The notes beneath the pieces are model-generated. The model saw only the letters and a program-made list of their open reading frames with translations. It did no database searches and was not told the DNA's origin. Shown here piece after piece: positions 9,724-19,827 of a stretch of DNA of 32,000 nt (the first letter of the stretch is position 1; each line of letters opens with the position of its first letter). Source of the stretch: Bacteroidota bacterium. Its GTDB lineage: Bacteria > Bacteroidota > Bacteroidia > Chitinophagales > Chitinophagaceae. The DNA is taken from assembly GCA_018267955.1 (NCBI GenBank), contig JAFDXL010000009.1, forward strand, positions 366,717-398,716, given 5' to 3'. Made by a program: the position numbers and the translations under genes.

Positions 9724-9741
9724 CCGTGACACAAATCACGG
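9724..9741. promoter_or_regulatory. CRP/FNR-type palindromic operator CCGTGAcacaaaTCACGG (site 2)
   Basis: Perfect 6-bp arms with a 6-bp spacer. It lies in the 115-bp gap between the Crp/Fnr gene stop (9792) and the MBL-rhodanese start (9676). Confidence 0.55.
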
Positions 9742-9791
9742 CACAGGCTTATATTTCTATAAGGCAATAAGCATCAGTTATTCTTTAAAGC

Positions 9792-10439
9792 TTAATTCAG
9801 GTGCAGATCTAAGACTTGTATCTTCTGGTTACTTAGGGTGCGTATCATTCCGTTCTCTGCCAGCTTTTTCATTAGGCGGGATACTACCTCTCTCGATGAA
9901 TTAAGTTCTTGTGCTATTGTCGTGTTGTTGACAACCAATATGTCAGAACCAGTAGATTCCTGTTGTTTTTTTAAATAAAAGAGCAGCCGCTCATCCATAT
10001 TCCGAAAAACCACATGATCAATAGTTGAAAGCAATTCCTGGAATCGGTTTCTATAATTTTCCAATACAAAATAGTACCAGCTCTTATAGGTCTTCATCCA
10101 CTTGTCCATATACTCCAATGGCACTGTGATCACTTCTGTTCCCGTTGCGGCTTCTGCTTTTAATTCACTCGCCTGGTGGCGGGCCGCACATATCATAGAC
10201 AAGGCACAAGCCTGTCCAGGTTGTAAATAATACATAAAGTATTCATCCCCTTCCTCATCTTCTCTAAATATCTTTACCGAACCACTTACCACTATAATGA
10301 TAGACCTGAATAACTGGCCGGTCTTCATTAAAGTATCCCCTTCGTGAAACGTTTTAACAGAAGCGTGTTCTAAAAGCTCATCTACCAGTTCCTTATCAAA
10401 ATCGGGGAATAACTCACGGGCTTTCTGTTCTGTAAGCAT
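9792..10439 (-). CDS. Crp/Fnr-family transcriptional regulator
   Basis: N-terminal cNMP-binding-like beta-barrel (FHEGDTLMKTGQ...IIVVSGSVKIF). C-terminal HTH (TTIAQELNSSREVVSRLMKKLAENGMI). I prefer the ATG at 10439 over the TTG at 10466 used by the ORF track. Confidence 0.85.
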   Translation of the reverse strand: MLTEQKARELFPDFDKELVDELLEHASVKTFHEGDTLMKTGQLFRSIIIVVSGSVKIFREDEEGDEYFMYYLQPGQACALSMICAARHQASELKAEAATGTEVITVPLEYMDKWMKTYKSWYYFVLENYRNRFQELLSTIDHVVFRNMDERLLFYLKKQQESTGSDILVVNNTTIAQELNSSREVVSRLMKKLAENGMIRTLSNQKIQVLDLHLN

Positions 10440-10639
10440 GGATTGTAGTTGAATAAGTACAGCCAAAACTAAACGAAATTGCTAATATGCTATAAACTGG
10501 TAAGTTATAGTCTGATAGCACCAACAAATAGACGAACCCATATACATACTTTATCTATATATAACAGTTGTTACGGCATCAATACAAAATGCCTATTACC
10601 CTATTGGCATATCCATTTAGCTCCCCGGCAAACTTGAAC

Positions 10640-10647
10640 TATATTTG
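10640..10647 (+). promoter_or_regulatory. Putative -7 box TATATTTG (TAnnTTTG) for katG
   Basis: Lies 31 nt upstream of ATG 10678. A TTTAG sits about 25 nt further upstream. Confidence 0.35.
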
Positions 10648-10656
10648 ACCTTGTAA

Positions 10657-12918
<2,262 letters not shown>

Positions 12919-12939
12919 GATTAATAATAATCATAAAGG

Positions 12940-12972
12940 CAACTCCCTGCTATATGCGGGGAGTTGTCTTTT
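12940..12972 (+). terminator. Rho-independent terminator of katG
   Basis: CAACTCCC (12940-12947) pairs with GGGAGTTG (12959-12966), followed by TCTTTTA. Confidence 0.7.
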
Positions 12973-13052
12973 ATAGATGGCTATAAGGTAACATTCATGT
13001 AGTCGATCTAACATATCTTTATCTATTGTAAAGAATAATAATCACTATCATC

Positions 13053-13532
13053 ATGCATCATACACGAGTAGCACTCAGACAAACCGAGATACCTGACCTG
13101 GAACGTTTCTTTCAGTTTCAACTTGATCAAGAGGCTATTTATTTAGCGGCATTCACGCCAAAAGATCCAAATAACAAAGAAGCTTACTTAGAAAAATATA
13201 CCAGGCATCTTGGCGACCCAACCATCAACATGCAAACTATATTACTAGGCGAAACTATCGTCGGCAGTATAGCCAAATTTGTAATGGAAGGAGATACAGA
13301 AATCACTTATTGGATTGATAAAAACTTTTGGGGTAAAGGAATCGCTACAGAAGCCCTGAAGAGCTTTCTGACGATTGAGAACTCAAGACCCATCTTCGGG
13401 AGAGTGGCGTTTGACAATATTGGCTCGCAGAGAGTACTGGAAAAATGCGGCTTCCTCAGAACCGGAAAGGACAAAGGCTTTGCGAATGCGCGGCAAGCAG
13501 AGATAGAAGAATATATTTATAAGCTAATGTGA
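13053..13532 (+). CDS. GNAT-family N-acetyltransferase
   Basis: 159 aa with an acetyl-CoA-binding-like motif WGKGIATEALKSFL and the downstream segment NIGSQRVLEKCGF. Confidence 0.8.
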   Translation: MHHTRVALRQTEIPDLERFFQFQLDQEAIYLAAFTPKDPNNKEAYLEKYTRHLGDPTINMQTILLGETIVGSIAKFVMEGDTEITYWIDKNFWGKGIATEALKSFLTIENSRPIFGRVAFDNIGSQRVLEKCGFLRTGKDKGFANARQAEIEEYIYKLM

Positions 13533-13651
13533 TGTGAAGCATCGATTAGTACCTACTTTCCCATATTCGACCGCTTTTTTGACGACATATACAATAAGCG
13601 GGCATTTTTTATTAGATTTGCACCGCTTTAAATAGCAAACACTGAGTCGCT

Positions 13652-13725
<74 letters not shown>

Positions 13726-13730
13726 CTTAT

Positions 13731-13756
13731 AAGGGTTACTCGATTGAGTAACCCTT
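13731..13756 (+). other. Perfect 11-bp-stem hairpin directly after the tRNA (tRNA terminator and/or att-associated inverted repeat)
   Basis: AAGGGTTACTC (13731-13741) pairs with GAGTAACCCTT (13746-13756). AAGGGTTAC recurs at 13843-13851. Confidence 0.5.
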
Positions 13757-13858
13757 ACGTATGTTTACGCAATTTTACTATAATTGGATGATTTTCAGAT
13801 TATTATAACAGATACAGTTTAAACTGGCATCCTACCTTTACAAAGGGTTACAGATTTT

Positions 13859-13882
13859 TAATCGAGCAATTAATCGAGCAAA
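13859..13882 (+). repeat. Tandem 12-bp repeat TAATCGAGCAA(T/A) x2 abutting the integrase start
   Basis: The copies occupy 13859-13870 and 13871-13882. The integrase ATG is at 13885. Confidence 0.7.
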
Positions 13883-13884
13883 TT

Positions 13885-15198
13885 ATGCTGTTACCTCTTA
13901 AAGCCGTAATGCTTAACCGCCCATTGAAGGATGGCACACATGTCATCTATTTTCAGTACTGCTATTCATCTGAAAAACGCGTTTTATTAAACACCGAGAT
14001 TTCTATCCCCAAGCAATTCTGGAATAGTAAACGACAGTCGATTTCTAAATCTCTTCCGTTAGAGTTTGGGATTGCTGAAAATCTAAACTGTGATCTTGCA
14101 CGGATGAAAAAAGTGATTGAAGCACTCATTAGCTTGTCCAATCAATCCAATTCGTTAAATCAAGGACAATTTGTAAAGGATAGATTTAAGCCATCGTTGA
14201 AATTGGAAAGCCTACAAATTGCAGAGGTAAATTCCCATGCATTGATTAAAAAATTACCTAATCTCTTTCAACAAATAGATAATTACATCAAATCGAAGGA
14301 AAAAAAAGTTGTTAGTACTGCAGCATTTCACGCACTAAGAGACCGACTAAGTCAATATCAAACTCATACAAAGAAAGAAGTAACATTTTCTAATCTTGAT
14401 TTCAATTTCTACTCAGATTTTGTTGACTTCCTTACTTATGATTACGTTTTAAAACGAAAAAAAGTCCCTGAATACGGACTTAAATTGAGTACAATTGGTT
14501 CAACAATAAAAAACCTTAGAGTATTCATCAACGATAGAGTAAGAAGAAAAATAGTCCCACCAATTGACCTGGGCGATTTCAAAATATTGGATGAAGAAGC
14601 AGATGCGGTATATCTGACCTACGATGAAGTTGCAGCTATCTACAAGTTAGATCTTACTAATCATTCAGAATTAGAATTAAGCAGAAACTTGTTTGTACTA
14701 GGCTGTCTAACAGGCTTGCGGTTCTCTGATTATTCTACGCTAGAATTTAAAGACTATAGAAAAGGCATGTTATTTAAAAAGACAAATAAACAGGATAACT
14801 GGGTTGTTATCCCCTTACGGCAAGAAGCAAAAGAAGTATTTATACGTTTGTTTGAAAACGGGAAAGAAAGAATATCAAATCCTATTTTCAATAAAGAAAT
14901 CAAAGAAATAGCTGCGATGGCTGGGATTACAGAAAAAGTAACTTTTAGCTACAAAAAAGGTAATAAGGACATTATTATTACGAAATCCAAAGCTCAATTT
15001 GTCACTTCTCATACATGCAGACGCTCTTTTGCGACAAATGAATATCTTGCTGGAACGGATGTAAATTTAATTATGAAAATCACTGGCCATAAAACATTTA
15101 AAGACTTCTTTAAGTATATTAAGGTGAGCCAAGAGGAAGCAGCCAAACGCATCCAAGAGGTCTGGAGTACAAGGGATAACATGAAAGCATTTTCATAG
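13885..15198 (+). CDS. Tyrosine-type site-specific integrase (Bacteroidota phage-integrase family)
   Basis: Catalytic residues sit in context: GLRFSD (Arg), HTCRRSF (His-x-x-Arg), GHKTFKDFFKYI (His...Tyr). The N-terminus looks like an arm-binding domain. The start could instead be the Met at 13909. Confidence 0.9.
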   Translation: MLLPLKAVMLNRPLKDGTHVIYFQYCYSSEKRVLLNTEISIPKQFWNSKRQSISKSLPLEFGIAENLNCDLARMKKVIEALISLSNQSNSLNQGQFVKDRFKPSLKLESLQIAEVNSHALIKKLPNLFQQIDNYIKSKEKKVVSTAAFHALRDRLSQYQTHTKKEVTFSNLDFNFYSDFVDFLTYDYVLKRKKVPEYGLKLSTIGSTIKNLRVFINDRVRRKIVPPIDLGDFKILDEEADAVYLTYDEVAAIYKLDLTNHSELELSRNLFVLGCLTGLRFSDYSTLEFKDYRKGMLFKKTNKQDNWVVIPLRQEAKEVFIRLFENGKERISNPIFNKEIKEIAAMAGITEKVTFSYKKGNKDIIITKSKAQFVTSHTCRRSFATNEYLAGTDVNLIMKITGHKTFKDFFKYIKVSQEEAAKRIQEVWSTRDNMKAFS

Positions 15199-15306
15199 TC
15201 ATCGATTGTTTTGGATACGTAACTTTATTGCGGGTGCGGGATTCAAAATTTGATTTTGGCAATGGCGCACGAGTTCGATTTCTGTTTTGGGCACTTAGAC
15301 CAAATC

Positions 15307-15343
15307 AAAAAACCTCAGTCCTTACAAGGATTTGAGGTTTTTT
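15307..15343. terminator. Bidirectional rho-independent terminator between the integrase and the R-M/ATPase/HNH operon
   Basis: AAAACCTCAgTCCTtacaAGGAttTGAGGTTTT is flanked by an A-run on the left and a T-run on the right. Confidence 0.75.
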
Positions 15344-15404
15344 CTTTTTGTACTCGAACGTTTTTGGGACGACTTTTTGTAAAAACAAAGAAATAATATG
15401 GCTT

Positions 15405-16415
15405 TTAAATTAATCCAGCCTCTCTACAAGCGATGTAATATGGTATTTTAAGAAAATTATCATTGGCAATTTCATTGTTTCTAAATAACTCAAGTTTAGA
15501 TTGAAACACTCTATCATTTGTACGCCTATTTACCCCCATAGCAATGATAGTGTCGAACCAGAATTTCGCATCTTCACTGCATATTTTATCCACGTATCTT
15601 TCTTTAATTCCAAACAACTCCATCCAAGTATCAATTTCCTCCTTATAATGACTATTAGTAATTTTCAGTTCAACCTCATTGGGTTTTAGATTCTTTATCA
15701 CACCAGTAACCTTAATCTTTATATTTAGTTTTGGTTTCTTTGATGCAAAAGGATAAAAAGCTCTCCTTCCAATCTTAGTTTTAGTATTTATTGGGTCTTG
15801 AGTGAGTTTGTAGGAAGTATTGCAAGTCTTACATATAGGCGCTAAGTTATTAGGGTTAACCGAATTAAATGGATAAACATCTTTGGGAAGGTAATGATCA
15901 AAAGCATCTCTTTTAGTTAGTCTATGTGACATAATATCTGAGATGCCACAGAAAGGACATTTTTCGGCACAATTAGTTTTTAGGAAATCATCGTAATAAC
16001 CTTTTATATCTCCACACACATTTTTGAAAGCAGCTTTTTTGAGTAATTCTTTGTATAACAATTTGAAAAAACTCTCTAGTTTAACCCTCAAGGGTTTATC
16101 AATCTTTGCAATGGCATCATATAACATTGGCGTTTTAGCACCTGTACATAATTCTTTAATAGCATTATTGTTTTTAAACCCCATTTTTAGCTTAGCTAGA
16201 TGCTTTTTCTCCAATCCATTGCAAATTCGATATATCTGCTGTATTGGTGTCCTTAGTAATTTTTTCTCAGCTATAACCATTGGCTGAAATTCCGAATGTA
16301 ACTTACCTATCGAAAAATTGCCCTTAGGTTTACACCATACATCTAGAACTAAATGTTCAATATAAGTTTGTAGTTTATAGAAATCATGACTTATAGGCTT
16401 ATATGTATAAAGCAT
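15405..16415 (-). CDS. HNH (beta-beta-alpha-Me) nuclease-domain protein, 336 aa; PtuB-like partner of the upstream ATPase
   Basis: Central motif CPFCG-x14-DHYLPKDVYP-x8-NNLAPICKTCNTSYK (aa 153-203, nt 15807-15959). The N-terminal ~150 aa and C-terminal ~130 aa have no motif I recognise. The start lies 2 nt after the ATPase stop. Confidence 0.75.
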   Translation of the reverse strand: MLYTYKPISHDFYKLQTYIEHLVLDVWCKPKGNFSIGKLHSEFQPMVIAEKKLLRTPIQQIYRICNGLEKKHLAKLKMGFKNNNAIKELCTGAKTPMLYDAIAKIDKPLRVKLESFFKLLYKELLKKAAFKNVCGDIKGYYDDFLKTNCAEKCPFCGISDIMSHRLTKRDAFDHYLPKDVYPFNSVNPNNLAPICKTCNTSYKLTQDPINTKTKIGRRAFYPFASKKPKLNIKIKVTGVIKNLKPNEVELKITNSHYKEEIDTWMELFGIKERYVDKICSEDAKFWFDTIIAMGVNRRTNDRVFQSKLELFRNNEIANDNFLKIPYYIACREAGLI

Positions 16416-16417
16416 TT

Positions 16418-18037
16418 TTATTTTTTTTGTTTTAGAGGTTTAATTTTTTTCAACTGATCTATTGTCAGTAATTTTTCGACTGAATCACCTAGACTATTGG
16501 CTTTCAGTATTGCAGACTGCAAATCAACTGTTCCCTTCTTGTAAGATTGTACTATTTTATCTAACTTTTGATTAGCTAACTCGGATATTGTTTCTGATTT
16601 TCCAAATACCTTCATCGTAATAAGACTAACAGCAGCCCCAAAAGTGTTAATTTTGGGGGTTGAAGTTTTTCCATTTTTAAATATGAAAACGCGCTCAGGT
16701 CTACAATCTGAAACAATAAAAGGAGAATGTGAAGTGATTAATATCTCCTGTTTTCTGATCTTATCAGATTGTACTTTTTCAATTACAGTTTTGTTAATTA
16801 AGCTAATAAGCTTCGATCTCCAATCAGGATTAAAATGTGTTTCTGGTTCGTCGTAAAGCAATAATGAACCAGAGGTGTTTAGCAATATCATGCTTCCTAG
16901 TACATGCATTAATTGATGCTCTCCATCACTTAGGTTTTTATACTTGATTAGCACTCCATTAGTTTTTCTCAATCGCATTTTATCTATACAAAAATTTAGA
17001 TCTTCTCTTGGTGGGGTAGGTATCATGTGTAGTAGATTATCATATGTATTGCTTGGTGCTTCCTTTATTTTTCTACGAACAGATACGGGTTCCTGATGAA
17101 TGTTCAAAAGATTGAGGTAATAGAAATCACGGAATAATATAAGGGCAGAACCAAATTTTCTTTTAAATGCTAAACGTGTTTCCTTATTAACGAAGTAGTC
17201 AAGTTTCAATTCATTTCCCGTCTCTTCATATGTAGTTGCACACTCCTTCAACTTTTCTATTGCAACTTCTAATGCACGGGCAATCTTTATTCTATTGTTC
17301 TTATAATTTGTGTATCTAATAATTACCTCAAAACTATCCAAAGGATCCTCTTTGTCAAGTTTCAAAGCATTGGTTATTACTGAAACTTCATTTTCTTCAG
17401 AAAAGAGACAATTGATTAAAGTTATGAGGTGACTTGTTTCATAATCCAAAAAGAAAAGTCTCGTAAGACCCAGTTCAAGATTATAATCTGCTTGCTGTTT
17501 TTTTTCTAGCTGCTCAAAATATTCATATTTAAGCTTAATAAAAGGATTACTAATTAATTCATTTTGCCCAGAGCTATATCCGATTATATGATTGGGCAAA
17601 ATAAACATAGCTGGATCAGTAGATTCTTCTACTCGTACCCTACCATCAGATTCTAAAGTTATCTTGGGGAGTTCGTTAGCCGATTTTACAATGGTTACTA
17701 TGGTTTCTCTCGAACCTTCCCAATCAAGTGTTTCTATGTTTTTCAGATTGCTGTTTCTAGCTAATTCATAGGTAATATCTATTTGATAAGTTATTTCAAA
17801 GCCAAAGGGTGTGCTGTGCTTTTTTTTATTTTTCCCTTCAGACTCAGAGTATTTTTCCAGATAATAAAATACCTCAGCGACTACTTCTAACAGATTGGAT
17901 TTTCCAGAACCGTTTAAACCTACAAGACAAATAGGCTCAAGTTTATTATCAAACAATTCCACCTTATCAAACCGGAAGTTTACCCCCGCATCTAAGCTCC
18001 TGAATTTGGTGAGCAGTTTAAGGTTTAGCAGTCTCAT
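16418..18037 (-). CDS. ABC/SMC-type AAA ATPase, 539 aa (restriction-system-associated; PtuA-like)
   Basis: Walker A GLNGSGKSN, Q-loop GYSSGQNE, ABC signature LSDGEHQL, Walker B LLLYDEPETHFNP and H-loop ITSHSP. An ATGA overlap links it to the hsdS stop. Confidence 0.85.
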   Translation of the reverse strand: MRLLNLKLLTKFRSLDAGVNFRFDKVELFDNKLEPICLVGLNGSGKSNLLEVVAEVFYYLEKYSESEGKNKKKHSTPFGFEITYQIDITYELARNSNLKNIETLDWEGSRETIVTIVKSANELPKITLESDGRVRVEESTDPAMFILPNHIIGYSSGQNELISNPFIKLKYEYFEQLEKKQQADYNLELGLTRLFFLDYETSHLITLINCLFSEENEVSVITNALKLDKEDPLDSFEVIIRYTNYKNNRIKIARALEVAIEKLKECATTYEETGNELKLDYFVNKETRLAFKRKFGSALILFRDFYYLNLLNIHQEPVSVRRKIKEAPSNTYDNLLHMIPTPPREDLNFCIDKMRLRKTNGVLIKYKNLSDGEHQLMHVLGSMILLNTSGSLLLYDEPETHFNPDWRSKLISLINKTVIEKVQSDKIRKQEILITSHSPFIVSDCRPERVFIFKNGKTSTPKINTFGAAVSLITMKVFGKSETISELANQKLDKIVQSYKKGTVDLQSAILKANSLGDSVEKLLTIDQLKKIKPLKQKK

Positions 18038-19827
18038 ATATTGGTATTAATTGTTACGAAATACATGCCATCATTCAAATTTTTCGTCAACACCTGATTA
18101 TTAATATATCCAAATTCAGCAACTGACTCATTATGATTTTTATCTACAAATACTTGTTTCAATATTTTTTGCCTTAACATATCAAAAACAATGTTTTTCA
18201 AAACCTCATATTGATATTCATATCTTTTTGCCACTGCAAATTTTAAGTCACTAAAACTGAAATATTTGTCCTTATACTTACTATTCAGAATATTTCTAAT
18301 TGCGTCTATATCCAATTCAGCGAAAAAAAGGCTATCAAGACTTTTAACAATTGCTTTTTTACCTTTAATAGGTTTTATATTATCAATAGGTAAATCACTA
18401 ACAATTTCTATTGTTTTATTGGCTTGTGAATCTTCTCTTTGTTTTTCAATCGGTGCTAAACTACCCTTCACGGCTTCTTGTATCTCTTCCCAATCATGCC
18501 CTATTAACTTATGTATTTCATCCCTGCTAATTAATCCCTCTTTAGGCAATTCCATTCCTTCAAAAGGGTCACCGTATCGCTTGTCTTCTTCGGGGGCGGC
18601 AGGGCCAGAGAAGTTGTTAGGTTCTTCTTCTATGGGTACTTTGCTAAGGTCTAGCTCGCCTTTGAAGGCACGCTGGCTGAGCGAGCCATACAGATTCTCC
18701 AACTCTTGCAGACTGGCATTATATTGTTGTTTAAGTGCTTCTGTTTTTTCTACAATTGAAGCGAATTTGTTTTGGAGATCAATATCAGGAAGTATTACAT
18801 TGTACTCTCCAACAATAGTTAAGTTTAAGTTTTCCTGGTTTCCACCTCTCCCTAAACTTCTCAGTTTTTTGTATGAGTTAATTAGTAAATGAAATAGGAA
18901 ATTAGGATTGAAATATCGACTAGGCAATATTGCTGCACAAGCTTGATTAGTACTGGCTATGGTCTTCAATAGTGCAACCTTCCCTCTTGTAATTCCTTGC
19001 CCATACATTGCTAATAATACTGTATCTGGATTGTACAATTTACAGTTAGTTTCTTTTAAAGCTAAATCTGTAATTTTTTCTTCAGTGTCGTAGATGTAAC
19101 CCCAATCTACTTCAGTTGTTTTAACCCAATTATGCTTACCGTTATAATACAAACTTTCATTTTGTCTACTTGGGGTAGCTCCAGTGCCTATTTCGGTTAA
19201 ATTTCCTAGTTTGCGTTTCTCCCACCCCTTCTCATTCCTCACAGGGTCGCCAAACATATCCAGAAAAATAGATTTCAAAAACTCATCCAGCAGCTTGATA
19301 GTTTCTTTTCGTTGTGCTATCAGTTTTTCTGCTTTGCCAAGTATTGTGGCTATGCGTTTCTGGTCATCATAGTTGTCTGGGATAGGGATATCTAATGATA
19401 ATAAACTTGAAATATTGAAACTTGCCTGATTAACTGATTTTTTTGTTATTCTTTTTAGCCTACTCTTAAAATAGGGTGTTCTAAAATAATAGAATGCATA
19501 TTTGGGGTATAGCACATACCTATCAGCCTTTAAACAAAGCAAATTCATTCCGTGAATGATGTCAATGTTCTTAATATCATAATAAGCAACTTTCCCTAAG
19601 TGCAACTCACTATTGATATGGGACATTAATATATCGCCTTCTTTTAAATAGTAATCTTTAAAAGAATCATCCTTTACATTAGCATATCCTAATCTATTTA
19701 GATCAATAGTCCCATCTGCTATAGTTTCAATTCTTGTAATAGGTACCCCATCAGCAATTTTATCTTGCTGAATATTAGCACCGTTTCTAATTGAAAGAAA
19801 TATGTTACCAATCTTCTCCTTCCTCAT
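18034..19827 (-). CDS. hsdS: Type I restriction-modification specificity subunit HsdS with ~200-aa C-terminal extension
   Basis: There are two target-recognition domains. They are separated by a conserved helix (DDQKRIATILGKAEKLIAQRKETIKLLDEFLKSIFLDMFGDP) and followed by a second one (LQNKFASIVEKTEALKQQYNASLQELENLYGSLSQRAFKGELDLS). The protein is 597 aa, against roughly 400-450 for a typical HsdS. Confidence 0.9.
   Translation of the reverse strand: MRKEKIGNIFLSIRNGANIQQDKIADGVPITRIETIADGTIDLNRLGYANVKDDSFKDYYLKEGDILMSHINSELHLGKVAYYDIKNIDIIHGMNLLCLKADRYVLYPKYAFYYFRTPYFKSRLKRITKKSVNQASFNISSLLSLDIPIPDNYDDQKRIATILGKAEKLIAQRKETIKLLDEFLKSIFLDMFGDPVRNEKGWEKRKLGNLTEIGTGATPSRQNESLYYNGKHNWVKTTEVDWGYIYDTEEKITDLALKETNCKLYNPDTVLLAMYGQGITRGKVALLKTIASTNQACAAILPSRYFNPNFLFHLLINSYKKLRSLGRGGNQENLNLTIVGEYNVILPDIDLQNKFASIVEKTEALKQQYNASLQELENLYGSLSQRAFKGELDLSKVPIEEEPNNFSGPAAPEEDKRYGDPFEGMELPKEGLISRDEIHKLIGHDWEEIQEAVKGSLAPIEKQREDSQANKTIEIVSDLPIDNIKPIKGKKAIVKSLDSLFFAELDIDAIRNILNSKYKDKYFSFSDLKFAVAKRYEYQYEVLKNIVFDMLRQKILKQVFVDKNHNESVAEFGYINNQVLTKNLNDGMYFVTINTNI

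Noticed and set aside
2139-9904. Plus-strand ORFs of 62-153 aa scattered across the RND, MFP, TolC, MBL-rhodanese and Crp genes (for example 3538..3963, 6107..6568, 9488..9904)
   Set aside because: All lie antisense to long, family-recognisable minus-strand genes and have implausible Cys/Phe/Ile-rich compositions.
10575-10610. GGCAT/ATGCC/GGCAT alternating 5-mers and a CTATAA...TTATAG inverted repeat in the crp-katG divergent region, considered as possible operators
   Set aside because: The arms are only 5-6 bp with irregular spacers, and nothing recurs elsewhere in the window. This is too weak to call.
15265-15300. tRNA T-arm-like string GGCGCACGAGTTCGATTTCTGTTTTGGGCAC, considered as a possible tRNA remnant or old att site
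   Set aside because: The flanking bases do not form a T stem or an acceptor stem, and the string does not match the tRNA-Arg 3' end. The resemblance is limited to GTTCGAT.
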